Made by a program: the position numbers and the translations under genes
Shown here: in pieces, positions 32,331-42,734 of the stretch
Position numbering within the stretch: position 1 is the first letter of the stretch
Layout of the letters: each line of letters opens with the position of its first letter
Notes under the pieces: model-generated
Seen by the model: the letters and a program-made list of their open reading frames with translations, nothing else
What the model was told of the DNA's origin: nothing
Databases searched by the model: none
Source of the DNA: Candidatus Poribacteria bacterium
GTDB taxonomy: Bacteria; Poribacteria; WGA-4E; WGA-3G
Assembly (NCBI GenBank): GCA_963665235.2
Contig: CAXXLX010000002.1
Span: forward strand, 704,001-768,000
DNA length: 64,000 nucleotides
Reading direction: 5' to 3'

Positions 32331-33413
32331 TTGATAAATTTATATGGAGCAGCTTATGATAGAATACAACTGCTTCGCCACTTAGGAGACATCTCACAGG
32401 TTGCCGAAGCCAAAGTGTATCAGCTGAACGATGGAAATGAAAAAGGCACAGACGCTGTCGGTTTTCGTACCGGGTCCGGTTTAAACTTCACCGTGCTGCC
32501 GAACCGTGGATTAGATATTTCCCAGGCAGATTACAACGGGATACCTTTGTGCTGGCGTTCCAGTACCGGTGATGTCGCAGCAGCACATTATGAACCTGAT
32601 GGGCTCGGTTGGTTACGTGGATTCTATGGCGGATTGCTTACTACGTGCGGCATGACACAAGCGGGCGCACCGAACGTCGATGGAGAAGAGGCACTCGGGT
32701 TGCACGGTAGAGTCTCTCACATCCCCGCAAAAAACGTATGGGTCGACAGCCGATGGGAGGGCGACCGATACATCTTATGGGCACAAGGAAAAGTCACAGA
32801 AACGGCTGCCTTAGGCGAACATCTCTGTCGAACCCGCCGCATCTGGACAGAATTGGGGTCACACACCCTGCATATTGAGGACATCGTCGAAAACCTTGGC
32901 TATCAGGATTGCCCACACATGTATCTCTTTCACATTAACGTCGGATTTCCGATCCTTGCCACGGGAAGCGAGCTCATCGCACCCTCTTCAAAGATAACCC
33001 CACGAGATGAACACGCTAACAACAACTTGACCAATTCTAACATCGGAGAACCCCCTACCGCAGATTTCCAAGAACAGGTCTACTATCACGAAATGCAACC
33101 TGACGTAGACAATCATATCCGCGTCGCACTCGTCAATCGCGGTTTTAACAACGGCAACGGCATCGGTGTTTCAGTGCGATACCATAAAACACAATTCCCT
33201 CACTTCGTCCAATGGAAAATGTGCGGAGAAGGGGCGTACGTCATGGGCTTAGAGCCATCAAACTGTCGAGTTGCGGGCAGAGCCATGGAACGCCAAAACG
33301 GTACCCTACAATACATTGAACCCGGCGGCCGCCGACACTACGAAGTCGAAATCGGTGTGCTGACCTCTAATGCTGAAATTGATGCACTTGAAGCAAAAAT
33401 CGCAGCAACCTAA
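32331..33413 (+). CDS. Aldose 1-epimerase-like protein (DUF4432)
   Basis: RGLDI, GGLLTTCG, LHGR, HINVG, GLEP. Confidence 0.85.
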   Translation: MINLYGAAYDRIQLLRHLGDISQVAEAKVYQLNDGNEKGTDAVGFRTGSGLNFTVLPNRGLDISQADYNGIPLCWRSSTGDVAAAHYEPDGLGWLRGFYGGLLTTCGMTQAGAPNVDGEEALGLHGRVSHIPAKNVWVDSRWEGDRYILWAQGKVTETAALGEHLCRTRRIWTELGSHTLHIEDIVENLGYQDCPHMYLFHINVGFPILATGSELIAPSSKITPRDEHANNNLTNSNIGEPPTADFQEQVYYHEMQPDVDNHIRVALVNRGFNNGNGIGVSVRYHKTQFPHFVQWKMCGEGAYVMGLEPSNCRVAGRAMERQNGTLQYIEPGGRRHYEVEIGVLTSNAEIDALEAKIAAT

Positions 33414-33442
33414 AACTTACACTTAAAAAGGAGAAATCAGTT

Positions 33443-35380
33443 ATGATTAAACGTTTGCCTTTACCCATACTTCTGTTGGCACTTCTGACAACGCTTCTGT
33501 TTGCTAACCCGCATGTCGCTCAAGCCCTACCAGAAGCATCCTCTAGTGCCGCTGAGTCTGCATCAGCAGATAAACCCGCACCAAAACTTAACAACATCGC
33601 AGCGATAATTCCAGACGACAGCGTACTCAAGCTTATTCCAGAAAAAGCCCTCGGACTCATTTACTGCACCAGTCTGTTTGAATTGGATAATAAGATTAAC
33701 ATGCTGGCATTAGAACTCATGCCGCAGGCAGGAGCTCCGCCAGATATCCTCGCAGAAATTTTGGCTGACGCTTTCGGGGCAGGCTTCGAGAGCTTATCCG
33801 AACTTGAAGAAATCGGACTCGATCTCAAAAAAGATTTCGCTATCTTTTTCAACAGTCTTGACCCGATGAGTCTCTCCGCAACCGTACACCTGACCGACCC
33901 TGAAATGATGCTACAGGTCATTGAAGCGGAAGCGGAAGGAAGTACGCCCACCGAATACAACGGCGTAACCTACTGGAGCACCGAGGAAGGCAGCGGCAAC
34001 TTCGCTATCCTAGAGAATACGCTTATCTACTCACAAGAGGCTGAAGTTTGTGAAAATATTATCGATATCCGAAGCGGGACAAAGCACGGTATCATACACA
34101 ACCCTGATTACAGCACATTTCTTACCGATATTGTCGAAGGCACAAACCAATTGGCCGCCTACTTTGACCTACAATCCATCATCGCTCCCTTCAGCGAAAC
34201 TATGCAGCAAGAATTGGAATCAACCCTCGATGCTATGGAAAGCGACCCCACTTCTATGGAAGCCGTACCCGTCGCCAAAAGTGTGTTTGACATGGTAGTC
34301 CAACTCGTTGAGGAATTAAAATCTATCAGTGCAACACTCCAAGTAGATGGCACCGATGTGCAATTGGCACCACACCTGAAATTTAGTAGTGATGGTAAAA
34401 TTCAAGAGGCACTAAAACAGATGCCCAACGCTGAATTGAGCCTCCTCAATCAATTACCCAATAAAGCCTTTTTGAACGGTAGCTTCCAAGGTAATCCAGA
34501 ATTGCTGTTTGATTGGAGCATGAAATGGCTTAAAGGTTTTACAATGGATGAATCAGGCGTTACCGTCTCAGTAGATGACGCAGATGATGAGCAGAATGTA
34601 GATTGGGAAGCACTCAAAGAGGAAATGAGAGAGGTCTATGATGCCTTAGAAGACGAATGGAGCATCACCGCTAATATTAACGATAGCATCATTCCCGATT
34701 ATTTGGTCATATACGGCTTGAAAGATGAACAGAAAGTCAAAACCTACTATGACGAGAAATTTTTGCATAATACGCACAAAATGATGCAGATGATCAAAAA
34801 TAGCGCAGGCGACCTTCCACAGTTTAGTATGTACGACGGGGCTTATGTCGGCGAGCCAATACTGCATAACGAGGTTGAGATTAAGACGTTCGTCTTTCCC
34901 AATTTCGGCACAGTTTTCCCAGAGATGCCCCCTGAAATCGATGGTATTTTTCCGCAGGAATGGCATTGGTCTTATGCTATCTCAGATGGCCAGCTCTTCT
35001 TCGCGGTAGGCGGCCCAAAACTAATTAAGGCCGCATTGGATGTCAAAGCAGAAACGGGAGAAAGCCTCGCTAACAACATGAGTTATCAGAAACTCGTTGA
35101 GAAGCTAGGAACAGATAACAATCTCCTTTTTGGAATATCGCCATTGACAATGGTAAACAGTGCTGTGGAAATTATTATAGCCAATACCGATCCGAATACC
35201 GCCGCACAAATGCAAATGCTCTCCGGTATGCTAATGGCAATTCCTGAAAAGTACAGCTTCGGTTTTTCTGCCAAAGTTCAGGAGGGCGGAATCGGCGCAA
35301 AACTACTCATCACCCTCGGTGACTTCAAACAGCTGATCGAAACGGTAATGATGTTCTCACAAATGGAACAGATGCAATAA
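33443..35380 (+). CDS. Secreted acidic hypothetical protein
   Basis: Signal peptide ending AQA; 645-aa ORF; AAGGAG SD. Confidence 0.8.
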   Translation: MIKRLPLPILLLALLTTLLFANPHVAQALPEASSSAAESASADKPAPKLNNIAAIIPDDSVLKLIPEKALGLIYCTSLFELDNKINMLALELMPQAGAPPDILAEILADAFGAGFESLSELEEIGLDLKKDFAIFFNSLDPMSLSATVHLTDPEMMLQVIEAEAEGSTPTEYNGVTYWSTEEGSGNFAILENTLIYSQEAEVCENIIDIRSGTKHGIIHNPDYSTFLTDIVEGTNQLAAYFDLQSIIAPFSETMQQELESTLDAMESDPTSMEAVPVAKSVFDMVVQLVEELKSISATLQVDGTDVQLAPHLKFSSDGKIQEALKQMPNAELSLLNQLPNKAFLNGSFQGNPELLFDWSMKWLKGFTMDESGVTVSVDDADDEQNVDWEALKEEMREVYDALEDEWSITANINDSIIPDYLVIYGLKDEQKVKTYYDEKFLHNTHKMMQMIKNSAGDLPQFSMYDGAYVGEPILHNEVEIKTFVFPNFGTVFPEMPPEIDGIFPQEWHWSYAISDGQLFFAVGGPKLIKAALDVKAETGESLANNMSYQKLVEKLGTDNNLLFGISPLTMVNSAVEIIIANTDPNTAAQMQMLSGMLMAIPEKYSFGFSAKVQEGGIGAKLLITLGDFKQLIETVMMFSQMEQMQ

Positions 35381-35391
35381 ATCCCAACCAG

Positions 35392-35427
35392 ACTCGCTCA
35401 CAATCACCCTTGTGGGCGAGTTTTTTA
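35392..35427 (+). terminator. Intrinsic terminator
   Basis: ACTCGCTCACAA...TTGTGGGCGAGT followed by a T-run. Confidence 0.7.
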
Positions 35428-35478
35428 TCACCGTTCGTAGTAGGGAAACCATTCATTGCCCGTCGATTAACGAAATAT

Positions 35479-36549
35479 TTATCGTACCCGCGCATCCTTT
35501 ATCTCTCCCCACTGCGTAGGCATCTTCTTTTGCGGAGCCACAGGTAACGCACCCCCTATCCAATCCGGCTCCACCTCATGACTCGAATGACGTGTTAACC
35601 GCCTAAGCTGTCCTTCATCAATGTCATATCGATAGATGTCATGATTTTCCTTTTCCAGCCCACCCAGTCCGCCTGCTGAAAAAAGAATAGCGCGTCCATT
35701 ATCCATCCAACATTTCCCTGAAACAACCCATTCGCCACCAATTTTCGTCTTAATATCAATCTCCGTTTTTCCGCCACCTCTTCGATGCAGAATCACAAAA
35801 CGTTCGACCGGAGTTACTAACGGTCCCTTTGATTCATGGTACAGAATTCGCCGTCCATCCGGCGACCAGCGCGGTGTGTGTCTGAAAACAGGTCCAGCTT
35901 CTACAGCAACATCAGGAAGCAACAGCTGTAGGTTCGTTCCATCTGCAGACATCACCCAAATGTTTTTCACTGCAATTCCAGCTCCACCAAATATGGCCCT
36001 AAAAATGGCAGCAAGGTCCGATATGGGCCTCTCATAGATAATCTCTTTTCCATCCGGCGACCAATCCGGAGCGGTAGAGAAGTGAGACCTTTCAATGCCT
36101 GTCAACTGTTTGCTGATCCGGCTCCCCAAATCCATCACATAAATCTCTGTATTGGTAGGATGAATCCAGTGCATCTTATCACGGTTCGACTGATAGGCAA
36201 GGCGCGTTCCATCGGGGGACCAGGTGGGAAACCCGCTGCTTCCGCCATTGTCTGTGAGTCGCCGTAGGTTGGTACCGTCTGCGTTTATGAGGAATAACTC
36301 ATACTTTTCTGTATCTTCAGACAGACTTCTATGAAAAGCGATCCGTTTTCCATCCGGCGACCAGCGCGGACTCCCATCTTTCCACCGTGTATCCGTTATT
36401 CTGCGTTTGCTTCCCCCGTTATCGTTCATGACGTAAATATTCCCATCTGAAACATAGACGATTTTCGCGTCAGCGATGTTTTGAACCGATAACAGAAGGA
36501 TTAAACATATTAGCAACTGTGAGATAAAGAGCAGCTTTGGATATTTCAT
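35479..36549 (-). CDS. TolB/PD40 beta-propeller protein with C-terminal WGEIK motif
   Basis: Repeated P.WSPDG; signal peptide; ends PQKKMPTQWGEIKDARVR. Confidence 0.88.
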   Translation of the reverse strand: MKYPKLLFISQLLICLILLLSVQNIADAKIVYVSDGNIYVMNDNGGSKRRITDTRWKDGSPRWSPDGKRIAFHRSLSEDTEKYELFLINADGTNLRRLTDNGGSSGFPTWSPDGTRLAYQSNRDKMHWIHPTNTEIYVMDLGSRISKQLTGIERSHFSTAPDWSPDGKEIIYERPISDLAAIFRAIFGGAGIAVKNIWVMSADGTNLQLLLPDVAVEAGPVFRHTPRWSPDGRRILYHESKGPLVTPVERFVILHRRGGGKTEIDIKTKIGGEWVVSGKCWMDNGRAILFSAGGLGGLEKENHDIYRYDIDEGQLRRLTRHSSHEVEPDWIGGALPVAPQKKMPTQWGEIKDARVR

Positions 36550-36580
36550 CGTTTGCCTCCTTTCCGATTTTGTATAAAAA

Positions 36581-37666
36581 ATGAAAATGTGCTATAATGG
36601 TTTCCTACACTTTAGGAGGAACACCTTGATTAACGAAGCGCGCCTCAAAACAATTCTGACCCAATTTCGCGACCTACGTCTTCTCGTCATCGGGGATTTT
36701 TATCTGGATGCTTACTGGTATATAGACAAAACGCGTGCTACACTCTCATTGGAAACACCGTGGCATACCAATCCCGTCGTTGAACAACGTTATAGCCCCG
36801 GCGCAGCAGGAACTGTTACAAACAACCTGAACGCATTAGGAGTAGGCACAGTCTATACGTTAGGCGTTATCGGCGAAGATGGATTTGGCGAGACACTCCT
36901 AAATCACCTACAAACGAACGGCTGCCGCACAGACTTTATGATACAAGCACCGAATTGGGTTACGCCCACCTATCTCAAACCGATTCACCGGGGCTATGAA
37001 GACATAGAAACGGAGGGACCCCGGTTCGATATTGAAAACCAAACACCGATGACAGCCACGGTTGAAACCGCTGTCATAGACGCGCTTCAAACGTGTATGT
37101 CCCTCGTTGATGGCATAATTATCGCCGATCAGGTGTCTCATGAGAATTTAGGAGTTATTACCAACCGTGTGCGAAAAACCCTGTGTGAGCTTGCATCAGC
37201 GTCCCCTGAAAAGATTTTTTTCGCCGATTCCCGCACCCGCATCGGCACTTACCGAAACGTAATCATTAAACCGAACCGGTTTGAAGCCAAACGTGCAATT
37301 GCCCCAGATTGGAACGGAAACACCGTCGACAACGAAGAGGCAAAAGAGTGTGCACTTGCACTCGCGCAACGAACGCAAAAGACAGTATATGTCACACTTG
37401 GCGAAGACGGTATCCTTGTCTGCCATAACGATAACCTTACGCATATCCCCGGCATTCCGATAGATGGCAAAATCGACCCAGTGGGTGCGGGGGACAGTGT
37501 TTCGGCAGGCCTCGTCCCGACGCTTTGTACCCTCGGCTTGGATGCAGCTGTCGAAGCAGCATATATCGGAAACCTTGCCGCCTCAATTACCGTGACAAAA
37601 ATTGGCACAACCGGCACTGCCTCCCCCGAGGAAGTCCTTAAACAATACCGGAGCCTAGATAGATGA
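36581..37666 (+). CDS. PfkB-family kinase, RfaE/HldE domain I-like (start may be the TTG at 36606)
   Basis: VIGDFYLD, PGAAG, KPN..EA, DPVGAGD. Confidence 0.85.
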   Translation: MKMCYNGFLHFRRNTLINEARLKTILTQFRDLRLLVIGDFYLDAYWYIDKTRATLSLETPWHTNPVVEQRYSPGAAGTVTNNLNALGVGTVYTLGVIGEDGFGETLLNHLQTNGCRTDFMIQAPNWVTPTYLKPIHRGYEDIETEGPRFDIENQTPMTATVETAVIDALQTCMSLVDGIIIADQVSHENLGVITNRVRKTLCELASASPEKIFFADSRTRIGTYRNVIIKPNRFEAKRAIAPDWNGNTVDNEEAKECALALAQRTQKTVYVTLGEDGILVCHNDNLTHIPGIPIDGKIDPVGAGDSVSAGLVPTLCTLGLDAAVEAAYIGNLAASITVTKIGTTGTASPEEVLKQYRSLDR

Positions 37667-38433
37667 ACGTTTTTGACGCTATTAAACACCGCCGGAGCTA
37701 TCGTGATGAATTTCAGAACCGACCGCTCGAGGCGGATGACCTCAATCAGTTAATAGAAGCAGCGCGTTGGGCACCTTCTCCCTTTAACGTTCAACCCTGG
37801 GAGCTGCTCATCATTCAGGAGCCTGATGGGAAAGCAGCCCTCGCCGAGGTAACAGAAACCGCCATCGTAGAACAGTTCAAAGATGCAAAATTTCTAGACG
37901 ACAACAGCCGTTGGATGCGTTTGACCGAAGCGGAATGGGAAACACAAGGCGATGGTGTCCTGCTCACGGACCATGTTACACTGCCGAAACCGCTTCAAAA
38001 CGACCCCGAAAAACTGAAACCGCTGTTGAAAAATGCCAAATCCTTGTCGTTTTTGGGACACTTGGGAGGCGGAAAACTGCCGGCGAAAGAGATTGCTGAA
38101 CAGGTCCGCAACGCCTCACTGCTCATGTTAGTGACAATGAATTGCAAAAGGTATCCACCGGGTGAGGGAGCTACACGTTGGATGTGGTTAAGTATGGGCA
38201 TGTCAATTCAGAACATGCTTCTTACAGCGACAGCACTCGGCATCGGTGTGCAATTTGTCAGCGCACCTTTGGAAAGCGAATCGAACCGTGACAAGCTCCG
38301 CAACCTTTTCAATATACCCGCCTCTCACGAAGTTATCACGTTACTCAGAATTGGCTACATTGATTTAGAAGCGAATAAACGTTCTGTCAGAGTACCCCCC
38401 TCCGATTTCGTGCATTTTGAAAAGGTTGAGTAG
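37663..38433 (+). CDS. Nitroreductase family protein
   Basis: RRSYR, WAPSPFNVQPW, QNMLL.A.ALG. Confidence 0.88.
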   Translation: MNVFDAIKHRRSYRDEFQNRPLEADDLNQLIEAARWAPSPFNVQPWELLIIQEPDGKAALAEVTETAIVEQFKDAKFLDDNSRWMRLTEAEWETQGDGVLLTDHVTLPKPLQNDPEKLKPLLKNAKSLSFLGHLGGGKLPAKEIAEQVRNASLLMLVTMNCKRYPPGEGATRWMWLSMGMSIQNMLLTATALGIGVQFVSAPLESESNRDKLRNLFNIPASHEVITLLRIGYIDLEANKRSVRVPPSDFVHFEKVE

Positions 38434-38480
38434 AAGGTAGGGCAGGGACGGTGCCCCACCCCCATAAGAAAAAAAGAACA

Positions 38481-38606
38481 TTACTCCTGGGCTTGGCGAT
38501 TTTCCAATAACTCTTTAAGCACTGCCTTTTTCTTCTTCAATCGGCGTTTTTGACGTTGGCGAATCTGTGTCCGCCTTCTAGTCTGTCCACTTTTACTCCG
38601 TGGCAT
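38481..38606 (-). CDS. Small basic protein (41 aa)
   Basis: AAGGAGGAG SD; MPRSKSGQTRRRTQIRQRQKRRLKKKKAVLKELLENRQAQE. Confidence 0.65.
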   Translation of the reverse strand: MPRSKSGQTRRRTQIRQRQKRRLKKKKAVLKELLENRQAQE

Positions 38607-39771
38607 CAATTTCTCCTCCTTCTTCAATAGTTTTAGCGAGATACATTAAAGCAGATTGGCAATGCGTCTCAAGTTCCACCATTGCCGCTGTTAATTCGGA
38701 TTCAGAATATGCATGAAGCTGCAACCGGTTCTCGGTTACCGTGATATAACACGCTTGAGGCACATTGAAAAAATCGAGTTGTGTTGCAGTCTCTTTTTGG
38801 AGTGTGTTTCCCTCCCACACCTCAAACACGTCCCGGATTGCTAAACCCTCAAAATTTTTATAGAGTGCTTTCGCTGGCAGCGAATCGGGTGACGGTATTG
38901 GTAGGGCTATACCTAGCTGCGGTGTTTCTTGGGAATTTATCAAGGCATCAGCAGCAAGCTCGGGCGGTGTCGGGGTTACGTCTGTCTGTGCAAGCTCCCC
39001 TTCGAAAACAGCGGGCATTTCTTGGACAATATCAACATTTGACAATAGATTTGCTACCGCTTCCTCTTCACACACATCCTCATATTCGGCACTCCCCATT
39101 TCCAGAACTTCCGAAAGGACAACCTTGAAGTTAGGATGCTCCGCATAAATAGGCGTCGGACGCTCCACCACTTGCTGTAGTGTTTGGATACCGATGCTCT
39201 GAATCAACGGGTGTTCTGCAAAATATTCCGAGGGTACCACTTCAAAGAAAGCCTGTGCAACGTTTGCTACATCCGCACGGTTCCGATGTCCTATACGTCT
39301 GAGGCGGTTTTCACATGCAGTCAATGCCCGGGATAAGTTACGCAAAAACTCAGGTGTAATTAAATGCGGTAAAACATCCGTTTGAAACCGTATACATGCC
39401 ACCTCCGCAAGGTTTGGTGGTAGGTCCCAAAGGTTTGATGGCGTATCCCAATCGCTTGCTTCAACATCCGGCTCCTCCACCACAACGTCTGAGGGCGTTT
39501 CAGGTTCGAAACCCTGCTCACTGTCTCTGAGCAAATTCACGACGTGTGTGTGCATTAAGTCGAAGTCAAAATATAAACCTTCAAGTTCCGGTTCATCAAG
39601 CAATTCACGACTATTAAGAAGGGACGTTTGCAAATGTTCCCGGTCAAATTTTCCGTGCGGAATTCGCCGTTGCTTTTCTATTGCTAACTGTTTCTGTCTG
39701 GTTTTTCGGTTGCGATTGCGTTTTTCGCGTTTACGCGCAACATTCGCCGACCGGCGCTTTTTTTTCGCCAT
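38593..39771 (-). CDS. Hypothetical protein with basic N-terminus and acidic body
   Basis: Long ORF with no recognised motif. Confidence 0.75.
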   Translation of the reverse strand: MAKKKRRSANVARKREKRNRNRKTRQKQLAIEKQRRIPHGKFDREHLQTSLLNSRELLDEPELEGLYFDFDLMHTHVVNLLRDSEQGFEPETPSDVVVEEPDVEASDWDTPSNLWDLPPNLAEVACIRFQTDVLPHLITPEFLRNLSRALTACENRLRRIGHRNRADVANVAQAFFEVVPSEYFAEHPLIQSIGIQTLQQVVERPTPIYAEHPNFKVVLSEVLEMGSAEYEDVCEEEAVANLLSNVDIVQEMPAVFEGELAQTDVTPTPPELAADALINSQETPQLGIALPIPSPDSLPAKALYKNFEGLAIRDVFEVWEGNTLQKETATQLDFFNVPQACYITVTENRLQLHAYSESELTAAMVELETHCQSALMYLAKTIEEGGEIDATE

Positions 39772-39986
39772 AATAATATTTTTAGTTGTAACCAAATTAT
39801 TTTTCTTCTCGTACGGGAAACCAATCCAATTGTAACATATTATTTAAGTATACATCAACACAATTTTATTGTCAACTTTAATTTCATGGTATAGGAAAAT
39901 TTCAAAACAAATTTGACACCCCCCCCCTTTTTATGATATTATTAAGGAATATTAGTTAGAATTTTTTGGGGTAAGGAAAAGCTGTC

Positions 39987-41228
39987 ATGTCAAACGTGTT
40001 TGAAATATTAAAGGAACGCGGTTTCGTACAGCAGTGTACGAACGAAGAAGTTGTCTCTCGTCTATTGTCGGAGAATCAACTGACCTATTACATCGGTTTC
40101 GATGCAACAGCGGAGAGTCTTCATGCAGGGAGCCTCGTCCCAATTATGGCGATGGCACATCTGCAACGCGCCGGACATACGCCAATTGCAATCATCGGAG
40201 GGGGAACAACGATGATTGGCGACCCAACAGACAAAACCGAAATGCGACCGATGATATCCGCTGACCAGATCGAAATAAACGGCGCAGGCATCCTTGAACA
40301 GCTAAAGCGTTACCTGCATTTTGATAACGACGCAGGAATGTTCCTGAACAATGCCGAATGGTTGCTTTCGCTAAACTATATTGAATTCCTACGTGATATC
40401 GGTAAACATTTTCGCGTTAATGAGATGCTCCGAGCCGAAGGCTATCGACAACGGCTTGAACGCGAACTCGGACTCTCATTCCTTGAATTTAATTACCAAC
40501 TGCTGCAAGCTTACGATTTCTTGTACCTTTTCCGGCAGTATGGATGTGTTCTCCAACTCGGCGGCGATGACCAATGGGGCAATATCCTTGCAGGGGTTGA
40601 CTTGGTACGCAGGATTGAAGGCGAACGGGCACACGCGCTAACCTTTCCACTCTTAACAACAGCTAGCGGCACGAAAATGGGAAAAACGGCTGAGGGCGCA
40701 GTCTGGCTCGACGCGAACCGAGTATCCCCATACCAATTTTATCAATATTGGATTAACACCGATGACAGGGATGTCAAGCGATTCTTAGCCTATTTTACCT
40801 TCTTACCGATGGATGAAGTACACCGACTCGGCAGTTTGGAACATGATGAAATACGGGAGGCAAAAGCAGTACTCGCTTACGAAACCACGAAACTTGCACA
40901 TGGAAAAATTGAGGCAGACAAAGCACAAGAAACCTCTCGCGCCGCATTCGGCGGGGGCGGCCCTGTACTCGATGCAATGCCTACCACGACTATCTCTATA
41001 GACCGACTTAACGCAGGTATTCCGGTAATAGAGTTATTCCATGAAGTCGGGTTAACTACCTCGCGAAGCGAAGCAAGACGGCTAATCCAGCAAGGCGGGG
41101 CCTATATCAATGAGGACCAGTGTAAGGCAATAGATTTTGTTGTTAACACCAATCTGCTGGAAGAAAACGGTTTGCGCCTCCGTGCTGGCAAAAAACGTTA
41201 TCATCGCGTTGTGCTTGAGGACGCTTAG
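39987..41228 (+). CDS. tyrS: Tyrosine-tRNA ligase
   Basis: YIGFDATAESLHAG, YQLLQAYD, GGDDQWGN, KMGKT, C-terminal S4 domain. Confidence 0.97.
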   Translation: MSNVFEILKERGFVQQCTNEEVVSRLLSENQLTYYIGFDATAESLHAGSLVPIMAMAHLQRAGHTPIAIIGGGTTMIGDPTDKTEMRPMISADQIEINGAGILEQLKRYLHFDNDAGMFLNNAEWLLSLNYIEFLRDIGKHFRVNEMLRAEGYRQRLERELGLSFLEFNYQLLQAYDFLYLFRQYGCVLQLGGDDQWGNILAGVDLVRRIEGERAHALTFPLLTTASGTKMGKTAEGAVWLDANRVSPYQFYQYWINTDDRDVKRFLAYFTFLPMDEVHRLGSLEHDEIREAKAVLAYETTKLAHGKIEADKAQETSRAAFGGGGPVLDAMPTTTISIDRLNAGIPVIELFHEVGLTTSRSEARRLIQQGGAYINEDQCKAIDFVVNTNLLEENGLRLRAGKKRYHRVVLEDA

Positions 41229-41284
41229 GACAATTTAGATGCAGACTACAAATTATATAAGTTTTGTGTAAAAAATAAAAAAAT

Positions 41285-41313
41285 TTGACTTGCATCATAA
41301 ATTGTGTTATAAT
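41285..41313 (+). promoter_or_regulatory. Sigma70 promoter of the leader-aroF-leuA operon
   Basis: TTGACT-17 bp-TATAAT with a TG extension. Confidence 0.75.
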
Positions 41314-41376
41314 ATAATTTGTTTGTTTCTCTTAAACACTTTTTTACGTATAACGTCTTAATAGGAATTTTAAATA

Positions 41377-41511
41377 ATGCAAACGTGTGAACGGACTATC
41401 ATCACTACAGCACAGCGCACAGCGGCATTTTCACGGGCTGGCTATTTTTACCTTTGGGCACTTTTTACGCTCGGGTTATACCCGTACTTGTACTGCGGCC
41501 GCCGGTGGTGA
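41377..41511 (+). CDS. Attenuator leader peptide (44 aa, Tyr/Phe/Trp/Leu rich)
   Basis: MQTCERTIITTAQRTAAFSRAGYFYLWALFTLGLYPYLYCGRRW. Confidence 0.8.
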   Translation: MQTCERTIITTAQRTAAFSRAGYFYLWALFTLGLYPYLYCGRRW

Positions 41512-41548
41512 TAGTGCGTAAGCGCATAAAATGATACTTTAACTAACA

Positions 41549-41593
41549 CCGCCCAAGGCCAAAATCAATTCGGCCTTGGGCGGGTATTTTTTT
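41549..41593 (+). terminator. Attenuator terminator
   Basis: 12-bp stem CCGCCCAAGGCC/GGCCTTGGGCGG plus T7, 63 nt before aroF. Confidence 0.85.
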
Positions 41594-41656
41594 AACGGAC
41601 CCGTAGTATTGATTTGAATTTGAATCAGAATTATTTTTTGGAGGAAATAGAGAACC

Positions 41657-42673
41657 ATGGTAATCGTTACGAAAACGGATGCCACCCCTGCTAATATTGA
41701 CGCGGTTGTCAAACGGATTGAAGACGCAGGGTTGAAAGCACAAGTGTCAACTGGTGAACAACGCACCGTAATCGGTGTTATAGGCGATAAATCATTACTT
41801 GGCGATATTCCGCTGGAATCCATGTCCGGTGTTGAACGCACAATGCCGATTACTGCCCCGTTTAAGTTAGCAAGCCGCGAATTTCGGAAGGAACCCACGG
41901 TTATCGCTTCCAATGGCACAAAAATTGGAGGCCGACGGTTGGCAGTTATGGCGGGACCGTGTGCAGTAGAAAGTACAGAACAAATCGTAACTATTGCACA
42001 GCACGTGAAAAAAGCAGGTGCCGGTTTTATTAGAGGCGGTGCATTTAAACCGCGCACAGGGCCTTACAGTTTCCAAGGCTTCGGAGCAGACGCACTCAAA
42101 ATGCTGGTCGCCGCGAAAGAAGAGACAGGCTTGGGCATCGTCACCGAAGTCATGACACCGCATGAGGTTGACCTCGTTGGTGAATATACAGACATCTTTC
42201 AACTCGGCACGCGGAACATGACCAATTTCTACCTATTACGCGAAGTGGGACGCGCGCAAAAACCTGTTATCCTAAAGCGTGGCCTCGCTTCAACGATTGA
42301 GGAATGGTTGCTTGCCGCCGAATATATCCTCGCTGAAGGAAATCCAGATGTCATGCTGTGTGAACGCGGCATCCGTACCTTTGAACCCCGCACCCGAAAC
42401 ACACTTGACCTCAACGCGGTCCCCCTCATTCACGAGCTGAGTCATCTCCCCATCATCGTCGATCCGAGCCACGGCACCGGCATTCGAAGTCTGGTGTGCG
42501 ATATGACAAAAGCCTCCGTCGCAGCAGGCGCGGACGGTTTACTGCTCGAAGTTCATCACGACCCTGATCGGTCCATGACAGGGGATGGGGCACAGTCGCT
42601 GTTCCCGGATCAATTTGAAACGTTGATGCGCGAACTCAAACCGATTGCTATCGCTGTCGGTCGAGAAATTTAA
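41657..42673 (+). CDS. aroF: DAHP synthase type I-beta with N-terminal regulatory domain
   Basis: [37 protein letters not shown]. Confidence 0.95.
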   Translation: MVIVTKTDATPANIDAVVKRIEDAGLKAQVSTGEQRTVIGVIGDKSLLGDIPLESMSGVERTMPITAPFKLASREFRKEPTVIASNGTKIGGRRLAVMAGPCAVESTEQIVTIAQHVKKAGAGFIRGGAFKPRTGPYSFQGFGADALKMLVAAKEETGLGIVTEVMTPHEVDLVGEYTDIFQLGTRNMTNFYLLREVGRAQKPVILKRGLASTIEEWLLAAEYILAEGNPDVMLCERGIRTFEPRTRNTLDLNAVPLIHELSHLPIIVDPSHGTGIRSLVCDMTKASVAAGADGLLLEVHHDPDRSMTGDGAQSLFPDQFETLMRELKPIAIAVGREI

Positions 42674-42734
42674 GCAGATACAACGGCGAGCATCTCCTAT
42701 TGAGAGGGGATACGTTTCTTGGAGGAAAACAGCC

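Noticed and set aside
41320-41600. T-box riboswitch or simple tyrS terminator
   Set aside because: No T-box consensus seen; it has its own promoter and a leader ORF that explains the terminator
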